NCBI GenBank assembly: GCA_002189035.1
Contig: NEEC01000163.1
Coordinates: 20,522 to 84,521, forward strand
Direction: 5' to 3'
DNA: 64,000 nt
DNA from: Utricularia gibba
Taxonomy: Eukaryota > Plantae > Magnoliophyta
Part shown: piece by piece, positions 10,467-24,521 of the stretch
Numbering within the stretch: position 1 is the first letter of the stretch
Layout of the letters: the number at the start of each line of letters is the position of its first letter
Translations under genes and position numbers: made by a program
Notes under the pieces: generated by a model
What the model was told of the DNA's origin: nothing
The model's database searches: none
What the model saw: the letters and a program-made list of their open reading frames with translations, nothing else

Positions 10467-13400
10467 ATGCGTTTCTCCGAGTGTGCTCGGGCCCTGGGAA
10501 TTCCTACATTAAGGGGTGGCCTCGCGCAGCCTTCGCCATTGACGCCACATCGTCCAAACCGTTTAGAGTCACGCGACACACAGCATACCGTTTCGAAGCT
10601 CATTCCGAGACGATCGTTTTTCGTGTTGGGAAGTTCGCCCATCCGAGGAAAGTTCGAAGCTCGACGGATGGCCCTATATAAGCCTTGAATGGTGTCACAA
10701 AATGGCCTAGCCATTGGGGACGTTGGGACTCGTTTGCTCGTTTTTATGCGAAAATTGTTCTCGGCTTGCGAAACACGCGTGATTCGTTAATATATGTCAA
10801 AATCTTGAATTTCGCGGCATTCTCATGCGTTTCTCCGAGTGTGCTCGGGCCCTGGGAATTCCTACATTAAGGGGTGGCCTCGCGCAGCCTTCGCCATTGA
10901 CGCCACATCGTCCAAACCGTTTAGAGTCACGCGACACACAGCATACCGTTTCGAAGCTCATTCCGAGACGGTCGTTTTTCGTGTTGGGAGCTTGCCCATC
11001 CGAGGAAAGTTCGAAGCTCGAAGGATGGCCTTATATAGCCTTCAATGGTGTCACAAAATGGTCTAGCCATTGGGGACGTTGCGACTCCTTTGCTCGTTTT
11101 TATGCGAAAATTATTCTCGGCTTGCGAAACACGCGTGATTCGTTAATATATGTCAAAATCTTGAATTTCGCGGCATTCTCATGCGTTTCTACGGGTGTGC
11201 TCGGGCCCCGGGACTTCCTACACCAAGGGGTGGCCTCGCGCAGCCTTCGCCATTGACGCCACATCGTCCAAACCGTTTAGAGTCACGCGACACACAGCAT
11301 ACCGTTTCGAAGCTCATTCTGAGACGATCGTTTTTCGTGTTGGAAGTTCGCCCATCCGAGGAAAGTTCGAAGCTCGAAGGATGGCCTTATATTAGCCTTG
11401 AATGGTGTCACAAAATGGTCTAGCCATTGGGGACGTTGCGACTCCTTTGCTCGTTTTTATGCGAAAATTTTTCTCGGCTTGCGAAACACGCGTGATTCGT
11501 TAATATATGTCAAAATCTTGAATTTCGCGGCATTCTCATGCGTTTCTGGGTGTGCTCGGGCCTGGGACTTCCTACACCAAGGGGTGGCCTCGCGCAGCCT
11601 TCGCCATTGACGCCACATCGTCCAAACCGTTTAGAGTCACGCGACACACAGCATACCGTTTCGAAGCTCATTCTGAGACGATCGTTTTTCGTGTTGGGAG
11701 TCGCCCATCCGAGGAAAGTTCGAAGCTCGAAGGATGGCCTTATATTAGCCTTGAATGGTGTCACAAAATGGTCTAGCCATTGGGGACATCGCGACTCCTT
11801 TGCTCGTTTTTATGCGAAAATTATTCTCGGATTGCGAAACACGCGTGATTCGTTAATATATGTCAAAATCTTGAATTTCGCGGCATTCTCATGCGTTTCT
11901 CCGAGTGTGCTCGGGCCCTTGGAATTCCTACATTAAGGGGTGGCCTCGCGCAGCCTTCGCCATTGACGCCACATCGTCCAAACCGTTTAGAGTCACGCGA
12001 CACACAGCATACCGTTTCGAAGCTCATTCTGAGACGATCGTTTTTCGTGTTGGGATCGCCCATCCGAGGAAAGTTCGAAGCTCGACGGATGGCCCTATAT
12101 AAGCCTTGAATGGTGTCACAAAATGGCCTAGCCATTGGGGACGTTGGGATTCGTTTGCTCGTTTTTATGCGAAAATAATCTCGGCTTGCGAAACACGCGT
12201 GATTCGTTAATATATGTCAAAATCTTGAATTTCGCGGCATTCTCATGCGTTTCTCCGAGTGTGCTCGGGCCCTGGGAATTCCTACATTAAGGGGTGGCCT
12301 CGCGCAGCCTTCGCAATTGACGCCACATCGTCCAAACCGTTTAGAGTCACGCACACAGCATACCGTTTCGAAGCTCATTCCGAGACGGTCGTTTTTCGTG
12401 TTGGAAGTTCGCCCATCCGAGGAAAGTTCGAAGCTCGACGGATGGCCCTATATAAGCCTTGAATGGTGTCACAAAATGGCCTAGCCATTGGGGACGTTGG
12501 GACTCCTTTGCTCGTTTTTATGCGAAAATTGTTCTCGGCTTGCGAAACACGCGTGATTCGTTAATATATGTCAAAATCTTGAATTTCGCGGCATTCTCAT
12601 GCGTTTCTCCGAGTGTGCTCGGGCCCTGGGAATTCCTACATTAAGGGGTGGCCTCGCGCAGCCTTCGCCATTGACGCCACATCGTCCAAACCGTTTAGAG
12701 TCACGCGACACACAGCATACCGTTTCGAAGCTCATTCCGAGACGGTCGTTTTTCGTGTTGGGAGCTTGCCCATCCGAGGAAAGTTCGAAGCTCGAAGGAT
12801 GGCCTTATATTAGCCTTCAATGTGTCACAAAATGGTCTAGCCATTGGGGACATTGCGACTCCTTTGCTCGTTTTTATGCGAAAATTATTCTCGGCTTGCG
12901 AAACACGCGTGATTCGTTAATATATGTCAAAATCTTGAATTTCGCGGCATTCTCATGCGTTTCTCGGGTGTGCTCGGGCCCGGGACTTCCTACACCAAAG
13001 GGGTGGCCTCGCGCAGCCTTCGCCATTGACGCCACATCGTCCAAACCGTTTAGAGTCACGCGACACACAGCATACCGTTTCGAAGCTCATTCTGAGACGA
13101 TCGTTTTTCGTGTTGGGAGTTCGCCCATCCGAGGAAAGTTCGAAGCTCGAAGGATGGCCTTATATTAGCCTTGAATGGTGTCACAAAATGGTCTAGCCAT
13201 TGGGGACGTTGCGACTCCTTTGCTCGTTTTTATGCGAAAATTTTTCTCGGATTGCGAAACACGCGTGATTCGTTAATATATGTCAAAATCTTGAATTTCG
13301 CGGCATTCTCATGCGTTTCTCGGTGTGCTCGGGCCTGGGAATTCCTACACCAAGGGGTGGCCTCGCGCAGCCTTCGCCATTGACGCCACATCGTCCAAAC

Positions 13401-14012
13401 CGTTTAGAGTCACGCGACACACAGCATACCGTTTCGAAGCTCATTCTGAGACGATCGTTTTTCGTGTTGGGAGTCGCCCATCCGAGGAAAGTTCGAAGCT
13501 CGAAGGATGGCCTTATATAGCCTTGAATGGTGTCACAAAATGGTCTAGCCATTGGGGACATTGCGACTCCTTTGCTCGTTTTTATGCGAAAATTATTCTC
13601 GGATTGCGAAACACGCGTGATTCGTTAATATATGTCAAAATCTTGAATTTCGCGGCATTCTCATGCGTTTCTCCGAGTGTGCTCGGGCCCTGGAATTCCT
13701 ACATTAAGGGGTGGCCTCGCGCAGCCTTCGCCATTGACGCCACATCGTCCAAACCGTTTAGAGTCACGCGACACACAGCATACCGTTTCGAAGCTCATTC
13801 TGAGACGATCGTTTTTCGTGTTGGGACGCCCATCCGAGGAAAGTTCGAAGCTCGACGGATGGCCCTATATAAGCCTTGAATGGTGTCACAAAATGGCCTA
13901 GCCATTGGGACGTTGCGACTCCTTTGCTCGTTTTTATGCGAAAATTTTCTCGGATTGCGAAACACGCGTGATTCGTTAATATATGTAAAAATCTGAATTT
14001 CGCGGCATTCTC
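10467..14012 (+). repeat. Local higher-order repeat: two tandem copies of a 5-monomer block (~1775 bp)
   Basis: Diagnostic variants match by position between units 10467/12245, 10825/12599, 11181/~12956, 11538/13311 and, partly, 11891/13663. Confidence 0.7.
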
Positions 14013-17000
14013 ATGCGTTTCTGGGTGTGCTCGGGCCGGGACTTCCTACACCAAGGGTGGCCTCGCGCAGCCTTCGCCATTGACGCCACATCGTCCAAAC
14101 CGTTTAGAGTCACGCGACACACAGCATACCGTTTCGAAGCTCATTCTGAGACGATCGTTTTTCGTGTTGGGAATCGCCCATCCGAGGAAAGTTCGAAGCT
14201 CGACGGATGGCCCTATATAAGCCTTGAATGGTGTCACAAAATGGCCTAGCCATTGGGGACGTTGGGACTCGTTTGCTCGTTTTTATGCGAAAATAATTCT
14301 CGGCTTGCGAAACACGCGTGATTCGTTAATATATGTAAAAATCTTGAATTTCGCGGCATTCTCATGCGTTTCTCGGGTGTGCTCGGGCCCGGGACTTCCT
14401 ACACCAAGGGGTGGCCTCGCGCAGCCTTCGCCATTGACGCCACATCGTCCAAACCGTTTAGAGTCACGCGACACACAGCATACCGTTTCGAAGCTCATTC
14501 TGAGACGATCGTTTTTCGTGTTGGAAGTTCGCCCATCCGAGGAAAGTTCGAAGCTCGACGGATGGCCCTATATAAGCCTTGAATGGTGTCACAAAATGGC
14601 CTAGCCATTGGGGACGTTGGACTCGTTTGCTCGTTTTTATGCGAAAATTGTTCTCGGCTTGCGAAACACGCGTGATTCGTTAATATATGTCAAAATCTTG
14701 AATTTCGCGGCATTCTCATGCGTTTCTCCGAGTGTGCTCGGGCCCTGGGAATTCCTACATTAAGGGGTGGCCTCGCGCAGCCTTCGCCATTGACGCACAT
14801 CGTCCAAACCGTTTAGAGTCACGCGACACACAGCATACCGTTTCGATGCTCATTCTGAGACGATCGTTTTTCGTGTTGGAGTCGCCCATCCGAGGAAAGT
14901 TCGAAGCTCGACGGATGGCCCTATATAGCCTTGAATGGTGTCCAAAATGGTCTAGCCATTGGGACAGCGACTCCTTTGCTCGTTTTTATGCGAAAATTAT
15001 TCTCGGATTGCGAAACACGCGTGATTCGTTAATATATGTCAAAATCTTGAATTTCGCGGCATTCTCATGCGTTTCTAGTGTGCTCGGGCCTGGGAATTCC
15101 TACATTAAGGGGTGGCCTCGCGCAGCCTTCGCCATTGACGCCACATCGTCCAAACCGTTTAGAGTCACGCGACACACAGCATACCGTTTCGAAGCTCATT
15201 CCGAGACGGTCGTTTTTCGTGTTGGGAGTTCGCCCATCCGAGGAAAGTTCGAAGCTCGACGGATGGCCTTATATTAGCCTTGAATGGTGTCCAAAATGGT
15301 CTAGCCATTGGGGACATCGCGACTCCTTTGCTCGTTTTTATGCGAAAATTATTCTCGGATTGCGAAACACGCGTGATTCGTTAATATATGTCAAAATCTT
15401 GAATTTCGCGGCATTCTCATGCGTTTCTCGAGTGTGCTCGGCCCTGGGAATTCCTACATTAAGGGTGGCCTCGCGCAGCCTTCGCCATTGACGCCACATC
15501 GTCCAAACCGTTTAGAGTCACGCGACACACAGCATACCGTTTCGAAGCTCATTCTGAGACGGTCGTTTTTTCGTGTTGGGAGTTGCCCATCCGAGGAAAG
15601 TTCGAAGCTCGAAGGATGGCCTATATAGCCTTGAATGGTGTCACAAAATGGTCTAGCCATTGGGGACGTTGCGACTCCTTTGCTCGTTTTTATGCGAAAA
15701 TGGCTTGCGAAACACGCGTGATTCGTTAATATATGTCAAAATCTTGAATTTCGCGGCATTCTCATGCGTTTCCGTGTGCTCGGGCCCTGGGAATTCCTAC
15801 ACCAAGGGTGGCCTCGCGCAGCCTTCGCCATTGACGCCACATCGTCCAAACCGTTTAGTCACGCGACACACCATACCGTTTCGAAGCTCATTCTGAGACG
15901 ATCGTTTTTGTGTTGGGATCGCCCATCCGAGGAAAGTTCGAAGCTCGACGGATGGCCCTATATAAGCCTTGAATGGTGTCACAAAATGGCCTAGCCATTG
16001 GGGACGTTGGGACTCGTTTGCTCGTTTTTATGCGAAAACTAATCTCGGCTTGCGAAACACGCGTGATTCGTTAATATATGTCAAAATCTTGAATTTCGCG
16101 GCATTCTCATGCGTTTCTCCGAGTGTGCTCGGGCCCTGGGAATTCCTACATTAAGGGGTGGCCTCGCGCAGCCTTCGCCATTGACGCCACATCGTCCAAA
16201 CCGTTTAGAGTCACGCGACACACAGCATACCGTTTCGAAGCTCATTCCGAGACGGTCGTTTTTCGTGTTGGAAGTTCCCATCCGAGAAAGTTCGAAGCTC
16301 GACGGATGGCCCTATATAAGCCTTGAATGGTGTCACAAAATGGCCTAGCCATTGGGGACGTTGGACTCGTTTGCTCGTTTTTATGCGAAAATTGTTCTCG
16401 GCTTGCGAAACACGCGTGATTCGTTAATATATGTCAAAATCTTGAATTTCGCGGCATTCTCATGCGTTTCTCCGAGTGTGCTCGGGCCCTGGGAATTCCT
16501 ACATTAAGGGGTGGCCTCGCGCAGCCTTCGCCATTGACGCCACATCGTCCAAACCGTTTAGAGTCACGCGACACACAGCATACCGTTTCGAAGCTCATTC
16601 CGAGACGGTCGTTTTTCGTGTTGGGAGCTTGCCCATCCGAGGAAAGTTCGAAGCTCGACGGATGGCCCTTATATAAGCCTTCAATGGTGTCACAAAATGG
16701 CCTAGCCATTGGGGACGTTGCGACTCCTTTGCTCGTTTTTATGCGAAAATTGTTCTCGGCTTGCGAAACACGCGTGATTCGTTAATATATGTCAAAATCT
16801 TGAATTTCGCGGCATTCTCATGCGTTTCTCGGTGTGCTCGGGCCCGGGACTTCCTACACCAAGGGGTGGCCTCGCGCAGCCTTCGCCATTGACGCCACAT
16901 CGTCCAAACCGTTTAGAGTCACGCGACACACAGCATACCGTTTCGAAGCTCATTCTGAGACGATCGTTTTTCGTGTTGGAGTTCGCCCATCCGAGGAAAG

Positions 17001-20000
17001 TTCGAAGCTCGAAGGATGGCCTTATATTAGCCTTGAATGGTTTCACAAAATGGTCTAGCCATTGGGGACGTTGCGACTCCTTTGCTCGTTTTTATGCGAA
17101 AATTTTTTCTCGGATTGCGAAACACGCGTGATTCGTTAATATATGTAAAATCTGAATTTCGCGGCATTCTCATGCGTTTCTATGGGTGTGCTCGGGCCTG
17201 GGACTTCCTACACCAAGGGGTGGCCTCGCGCAGCCTTCGCCATTGACGCCACATCGTCCAAACCGTTTAGAGTCACGCGACACACAGCATACCGTTTCGA
17301 AGCTCATTCTGAGACGATCGTTTTTCGTGTTGGGAGCTCGCCCATCCGAGGAAAGTTCGAAGCTCGAAGGATGGCCTATATTAGCCTTGAATGGTTTCAC
17401 AAAATGGTCTAGCCATTGGGGACGTTGCGACTCCTTTGCTCGTTTTTATGCGAAAATTATTCTCGGATTGCGAAACACGCGTGATTCGTTAATATATGTC
17501 AAAATCTTGAATTTCGCGGCATTCTCATGCGTTTCTCGAGTGTGCTCGGGCCCTGGAATTCCTACACCAAGGGGTGGCCTCGCGCAGCCTTCGCCATTGA
17601 CGCCACATCGTCCAAACCGTTTAGAGTCACGCGACACACAGCATACCGTTTCGAAGCTCATTCTGAGACGATCGTTTTTCGTGTTGGGAGTTCGCCCATC
17701 CGAGGAAAGTTCGAAGCTCGACGGATGGCCCTATATAAGCCTTGAATGGTGTCACAAAATGGCCTAGCCATTGGGGACGTTGGGACTCGTTTGCTCGTTT
17801 TTATGCGAAAATTGTTCTCGGCTTGCGAAACACGCGTGATTCGTTAATATATGTCAAAATCTTGAATTTCGCGGCATTCTCATGCGTTTCTCCGAGTGTG
17901 CTCGGGCCCTGGGAATTCCTACATTAAGGGGTGGCCTCGCGCAGCCTTCGCCATTGACGCCACATCGTCCAAACCGTTTAGAGTCACGCGACACACAGCA
18001 TACCGTTTCGAAGCTCATTCCGAGACGGTCGTTTTTCGTGTTGGGAGTTCGCCCATCCGAGGAAAGTTCGAAGCTCGACGGATGGCCTATATAGCCTTCA
18101 ATGGTGTCCAAAATGGTCTAGCCATTGGGGACGTTGCGACTCCTTTGCTCGTTTTTATGCGAAAATTATTCTCGGCTTTGCGAAAACACGCGTGATTCGT
18201 TAATATATGTCAAAATCTTGAATTTCGCGGCATTCTCATGCGTTTCTCGGGGTGTGCTCGGGCCCGGGACTTCCTACACCAAGGGGTGGCCTCGCGCAGC
18301 CTTCGCCATTGACGCCACATCCCAAACCGTTTAGAGTCACGCGACACACAGCATACCGTTTCGAAGCTCATTCTGAGACGGTCGTTTTTCGTGTTGGGAG
18401 TCGCCCATCCGAGGAAAGTTCGAAGCTCGACGGATGGCCCTATATACCCTTGAATGGTGTCACAAAATGGCCTAGCCATTGGGACGTTGGACTCGTTTGC
18501 TCGTTTTATGCGAAAATATTCTCGGCTTGCGAAACACGCGTGATTCGTTAATATATGTCAAAATCTTGAATTTCGCGGCATTCTCATGCGTTTCTCCGAG
18601 TGTGCTCGGGCCCTGGGAATTCACCAAGGGGTGGCCTCGCGCAGCCTTCGCCATTGAGCCACATCGTCCAAACCGTTTAGAGTCACGCGACACACAGCAT
18701 ACCGTTTCGAAGCTCATTCTGAGACGATCGTTTTCGTGTTGGGAGCTCGCCCATCCGAGGAAAGTTCGAAGCTCGACGGATGGCCTATATAGCCTTGAAT
18801 GGTGTCACAAAATGGCCTAGCCATTGGGGACGTTGCGACTCCTTTGCTCGTTTTTATGCGAAAATTGTTCTCGGATTGCGAAACACGCGTGATTCGTTAA
18901 TATATGTAAAAATCTGAATTTCGCGGCATTCTCATGCGTTTCTCCGAGTGTGCTCGGGCCCTGGGAATTCCTACATTAAGGGGTGGCCTCGCGCAGCCTT
19001 CGCCATTGACGCCACATCGTCCAAACCGTTTAGAGTCACGCGACACACAGCATACCGTTTCGAAGCTCATTCTGAGACGGTCGTTTTTCGTGTTGGGAGC
19101 TTGCCCATCCGAGGAAAGTTCGAAGCTCGAAGGATGGCCTTATATAAGCCTTGAATGGTGTCACAAAAATGGTCTAGCCATTGGGGACGTTGCGACTCCT
19201 TTGCTCGTTTTTATGCGAAAATTATTCTCGGCTTGCGAAACACGCGTGATTCGTTAATATATGTCAAAATCTTGAATTTCGCGGCATTCTCATGCGTTTC
19301 TACGGGTGTGCTCGGGCCCGGGACTTCCTACACCAAGGGGTGGCCTCGCGCAGCCTTCGCCATTGACGCCACATCGTCCAAACCGTTTAGAGTCACGCGA
19401 CACACAGCATACCGTTTCGAAGCTCATTCCGAGACGGTCGTTTTTCGTGTTGGGAGTTCGCCCATCCGAGGAAAGTTCGAAGCTCGACGGATGGCCTATA
19501 TAAGCCTTGAATGGTGTCACAAAATGGCTAGCCATTGGGGACGACTCCTTTGCTCGTTTTTATGCGAAAATTATTCTCGGATTGCGAAACACGCGTGATT
19601 CGTTAATATATGTCAAAATCTTGAATTTCGCGGCATTCTCATGCGTTTCTAGTGTGCTCGGGCCCTGGGACTTCCTACAAAGGGGTGGCCTCGCGCAGCC
19701 TTCGCATTGACGCCACATCGTCCAAACCGTTTAGAGTCACGCACACAGCATACCGTTTCGAAGCTCATTCTGAGACGGTCGTTTTTCGTGTTGGGAGCTT
19801 GCCCATCCGAGGAAAGTTCGAAGCTCGACGGATGGCCTTATATAAGCCTTGAATGGTGTCACAAATGGCTAGCCATTGGGGACGTTGGACTCGTTTGCTC
19901 GTTTTTATGCGAAAATAATTCTCGGCTTGCGAAACACGCGTGATTCGTTAATATATGTCAAAATCTTGAATTTCGCGGCATTCTCATGCGTTTCTCCGAG

Positions 20001-21038
20001 TGTGCTCGGGCCCTGGGAATTCCTACATTAAGGGGTGGCCTCGCGCAGCCTTCGCCATTGCGCCACATCGTCCAAACCGTTTAGAGTCACGCGACACACA
20101 GCATACCGTTTCGAAGCTCATTCCGAGACGATCGTTTTTCGTGTTGGGAGTCGCCCATCCGAGGAAAGTTCGAAGCTCGAAGGATGGCCTATATAAGCCT
20201 TGAATGGTGTCACAAAATGGCCTAGCCATTGGGGACGTTGCGACTCCTTTGCTCGTTTTTATGCGAAAATTGTTTCTCGGATTGCGAAACACGCGTGATT
20301 CGTTAATATATGTCAAAATCTTGAATTTCGCGGCATTCTCATGCGTTTCTCGGGTGTGCTCGGGCGGGACTTCCTACACCAAGGGGTGGCCTCGCGCAGC
20401 CTTCGCCATTGACGCCACATCGTCCAAACCGTTTAGAGTCACGCGACACACAGCATACCGTTTCGAAGCTCATTCTGAGACGATCGTTTTTCGTGTTGGG
20501 ATCGCCCATCCGAGGAAAGTTCGAAGCTCGACGGATGGCCCTATATAAGCCTTGAATGGTGTCACAAAATGGCCTAGCCATTGGGGACGTTGGACTCGTT
20601 TGCTCGTTTTTATGCGAAAATCTCGGCTTGCGAAACACGCGTGATTCGTTAATATATGTCAAAATCTTGAATTTCGCGGCATTCTCATGCGTTTCTCGGG
20701 TGTGCTCGGGCCCTGGGACTTCCTACACCAAGGGGTGGCCTCGCGCAGCCTTCGCATTGACGCCATCGTCCAAACCGTTTAGAGTCACGCGACACACAGC
20801 ATACCGTTTCGAAGCTCATTCTGAGACGATCGTTTTTCGTGTTGGGAGTTCGCCCATCCGAGGAAAGTTCGAAGCTCGACGGATGGCCTATATAAGCCTT
20901 GAATGGTGTCACAAAATGGCCTAGCCATTGGGGACGTTGGGACTCGTTTGCTCGTTTTTATGCGAAAATTGTTCTCGGCTTGCGAAACACGCGTGATTCG
21001 TTAATATATGTCAAAATCTTGAATTTCGCGGCATTCTC

Positions 21039-24000
21039 ATGCGTTTCTCCGAGTGTGCTCGGGCCCTGGGAATTCCTACATTAGGGGTGGCCTCGCGCAG
21101 CCTTCGCCATTGACGCCACATCGTCCAAACCGTTTAGAGTCACGCGACACACAGCATACCGTTTCGAAGCTCATTCCGAGACGGTCGTTTTTCGTGTTGG
21201 AGCTTGCCCATCCGAGGAAAGTTCGAAGCTCGACGGATGGCCTTATATAGCCTTCAATGGTCACAAAATGGCTAGCCATTGGGGACGTTGCGACTCCTTT
21301 GCTCGTTTTTATGCGAAAATTATTCTCGGCTTGCGAAACACGCGTGATTCGTTAATATATGTCAAAATCTTGAATTTCGCGGCATTCTCATGCGTTTCTC
21401 GGTGTGCTCGGCCCCGGGACTTCCTACACCAAGGGGTGGCCTCGCGCAGCCTTCGCCATTGACGCCACATCGTCCAAACCGTTTAGAGTCACGCGACACA
21501 CAGCATACCGTTTCGAAGCTCATTCTGAGACGATCGTTTTTCGTGTTGGGAGTTCGCCCATCCGAGGAAAGTTCGAAGCTCGACGGATGGCCTATATAAG
21601 CCTTGAATGGTGTCACAAAATGGTCTAGCCATTGGGGACGTTGCGACTCCTTTGCTCGTTTTTATGCGAAAATTATTCTCGGATTGCGAAACACGCGTGA
21701 TTCGTTAATATATGTCAAAATCTTGAATTTCGCGGCATTCTCATGCGTTTCTAGTGTGCTCGGGCCTGGGAATTCCTACATTAAGGGGTGGCCTCGCGCA
21801 GCCTTCGCCATTGACGCCACATCGTCCAAACCGTTTAGAGTCACGCGACACACAGCATACCGTTTCGAAGCTCATTCTGAGACGATCGTTTTTCGTGTTG
21901 GGAATCGAAAAAGTTCGAAGCTCGACGGATGGCCTATATAGCCTTGAATGGTGTCACAAAATGGCTAGCCATTGGGACGTTGCGACTCCTTTGCTCGTTT
22001 TTATGCGAAAATTTTTCTCGGATTGCGAAACACGCGTGATTCGTTAATATATGTAAAATCTTGAATTTCGCGCATTCTCATGCGTTTCTGGGTGTGCTCG
22101 GCCTGGGACTTCCTACACAAGGGGTGGCCTCGCGCAGCCTTCGCCATTGACGCCACATCGTCCAAACCGTTTAGAGTCACGCGACACACAGCATACCGTT
22201 TCGAAGCTCATTCCGAGACGGTCGTTTTTCGTGTTGGGAGTTCGCCCATCCGAGGAAAGTTCGAAGCTCGACGGATGGCCCTATATAAGCCTTGAATGGT
22301 GTCACAAAATGGCCTAGCCATTGGGGACGTTGGGACTCGTTTGCTCGTTTTTATGCGAAAATAATCTCGGCTTGCGAAACACGCGTGATTCGTTAATATA
22401 TGTCAAAATCTTGAATTTCGCGGCATTCTCATGCGTTTCTCGGTGTGCTCGGGCCCTGGGACTTCCTACACCAAGGGGTGGCCTCGCGCAGCCTTCGCCA
22501 TTGACGCCACATCCCGTTTAGAGTCACGCGACACACAGCATACCGTTTCGAAGCTCATTCCGAGACGGTCGTTTTTCGTGTTGGGAGCTTGCCCATCCGA
22601 AAAGTTCGAAGCTCGGATGGCCCTATAAGCCTTGAATGGTGTCACAAAATGGCCTAGCCATTGGGGACGTTGGGACTCGTTTGCGTTTTTATGCGAAAAT
22701 TGTTCTCGGCTTGCGAAACACGCGTGATTCGTTAATATATGTCAAAATCTTGAATTTCGCGGCATTCTCATGCGTTTCTCCGAGTGTGCTCGGGCCCTGG
22801 GAATTCCTACATTAAGGGGTGGCCTCGCGCAGCCTTCGCCATTGACGCCACATCGTCCAAACCGTTTAGAGTCACGCGACACACAGCATACCGTTTCGAA
22901 GCTCATTCCGAGACGGTCGTTTTTCGTGTTGGGAGCTTGCCCATCCGAGGAAAGTTCGAAGCTCGAAGGATGGCCTTATATTAAGCCTTCAATGGTCCAA
23001 AATGGTCTAGCCATTGGGGACATCGCGACTCCTTTGCTCGTTTTTATGCGAAAATATTCTCGGCTTGCGAAACACGCGTGATTCGTTAATATATGTCAAA
23101 ATCTTGAATTTCGCGGCATTCTCATGCGTTTCTCGGGTGTGCTCGGGCCCCGGGACTTCCTACACCAAGGGGTGGCCTCGCGCAGCCTTCGCCATTGACG
23201 CCACATCGTCCAAACCGTTTAGAGTCACGCGACACACAGCATACCGTTTCGAAGCTCATTCTGAGACGATCGTTTTTCGTGTTGGGAGTTCGCCCATCCG
23301 AGGAAAGTTCGAAGCTCGACGGATGGCCCTATATAAGCCTTGAATGGTGTCCCAAAATGGTCTAGCCATTGGGGACGTTGCGACTCCTTTGCTCGTTTTT
23401 ATGCGAAAATTATTCTCGGCTTGCGAAACACGCGTGATTCGTTAATATATGTCAAAATCTTGAATTTCGCGGCATTCTCATGCGTTTCTCAGTGTGCTCG
23501 GGCCCTGGGAATTCCTACATTAAGGGGTGGCCTCGCGCAGCCTTCGCCATTGACGCCACATCGTCCAAACCGTTTAGAGTCACGCGACACACAGCATACC
23601 GTTTCGAAGCTCATTCTGAGACGGTCGTTTTTCGTGTTGGGAGTCGCCCATCCGAGGAAAGTTCGAAGCTCGAAGGATGGCCTATATTAGCCTTGAATGG
23701 TTTCACAAAATGGTCTAGCCATTGGGGACGTTGCGACTCCTTTGCTCGTTTTTATGCGAAAATCTCGGCTTGCGAAACGCGTGATTCGTTAATATATGTC
23801 AAAATCTGAATTTCGCGCATTCTCATGCGTTTCTAGGGTGTGCTCGGGCCTGGGACTTCCTACACCAAGGGGTGGCCTCGCGCAGCCTTCGCCATTGACG
23901 CCACATCGTCCAAACCGTTTAGAGTCACGCGACACACAGCATACCGTTTCGAAGCTCATTCCGAGACGGTCGTTTTTCGTGTTGGGAGTTCGCCCATCCG

Positions 24001-24521
24001 AGGAAAGTTCGAAGCTCGACGGATGGCCCTATATAAGCCTTGAATGGTGTCACAAAATGGCCTAGCCATTGGGGACGTTGCGACTCGTTTGCTCGTTTTT
24101 ATGCGAAAAATTCGGCTTGCGAAACACGCGTGATTCGTTAATATATGTCAAAATCTTGAATTTCGCGGCATTCTCATGCGTTTCTCGGTGTGCTCGGCCC
24201 TGGGACTTCCTACACCAAGGGGTGGCCTCGCGCAGCCTTCGCCATTGACGCCACATCGTCCAAACCGTTTAGAGTCACGCGACACACAGCATACCGTTTC
24301 GAAGCTCATTCCGAGACGGTCGTTTTTCGTGTTGGGAGCTTGCCCATCCGCAAAGTTCGAAGCTCAAGGATGGCCCTATATAAGCCTTGAATGGTGTCAC
24401 AAAATGGCCTAGCCATTGGGGACGTTGGGACTCGTTTGCTCGTTTTTATGCGAAAACTCGGCTTGCGAAACACGCGTGATTCGTTAATATATGTCAAAAT
24501 CTTGAATTTCGCGGCATTCTC
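21039..24521 (+). repeat. Local higher-order repeat: two copies of an A-B-A-B-B 5-monomer block (~1740 bp)
   Basis: The haplotype order repeats at 21039 and 22770. Units 22080/23825 and 22431/24176 share linked variants. Confidence 0.7.
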
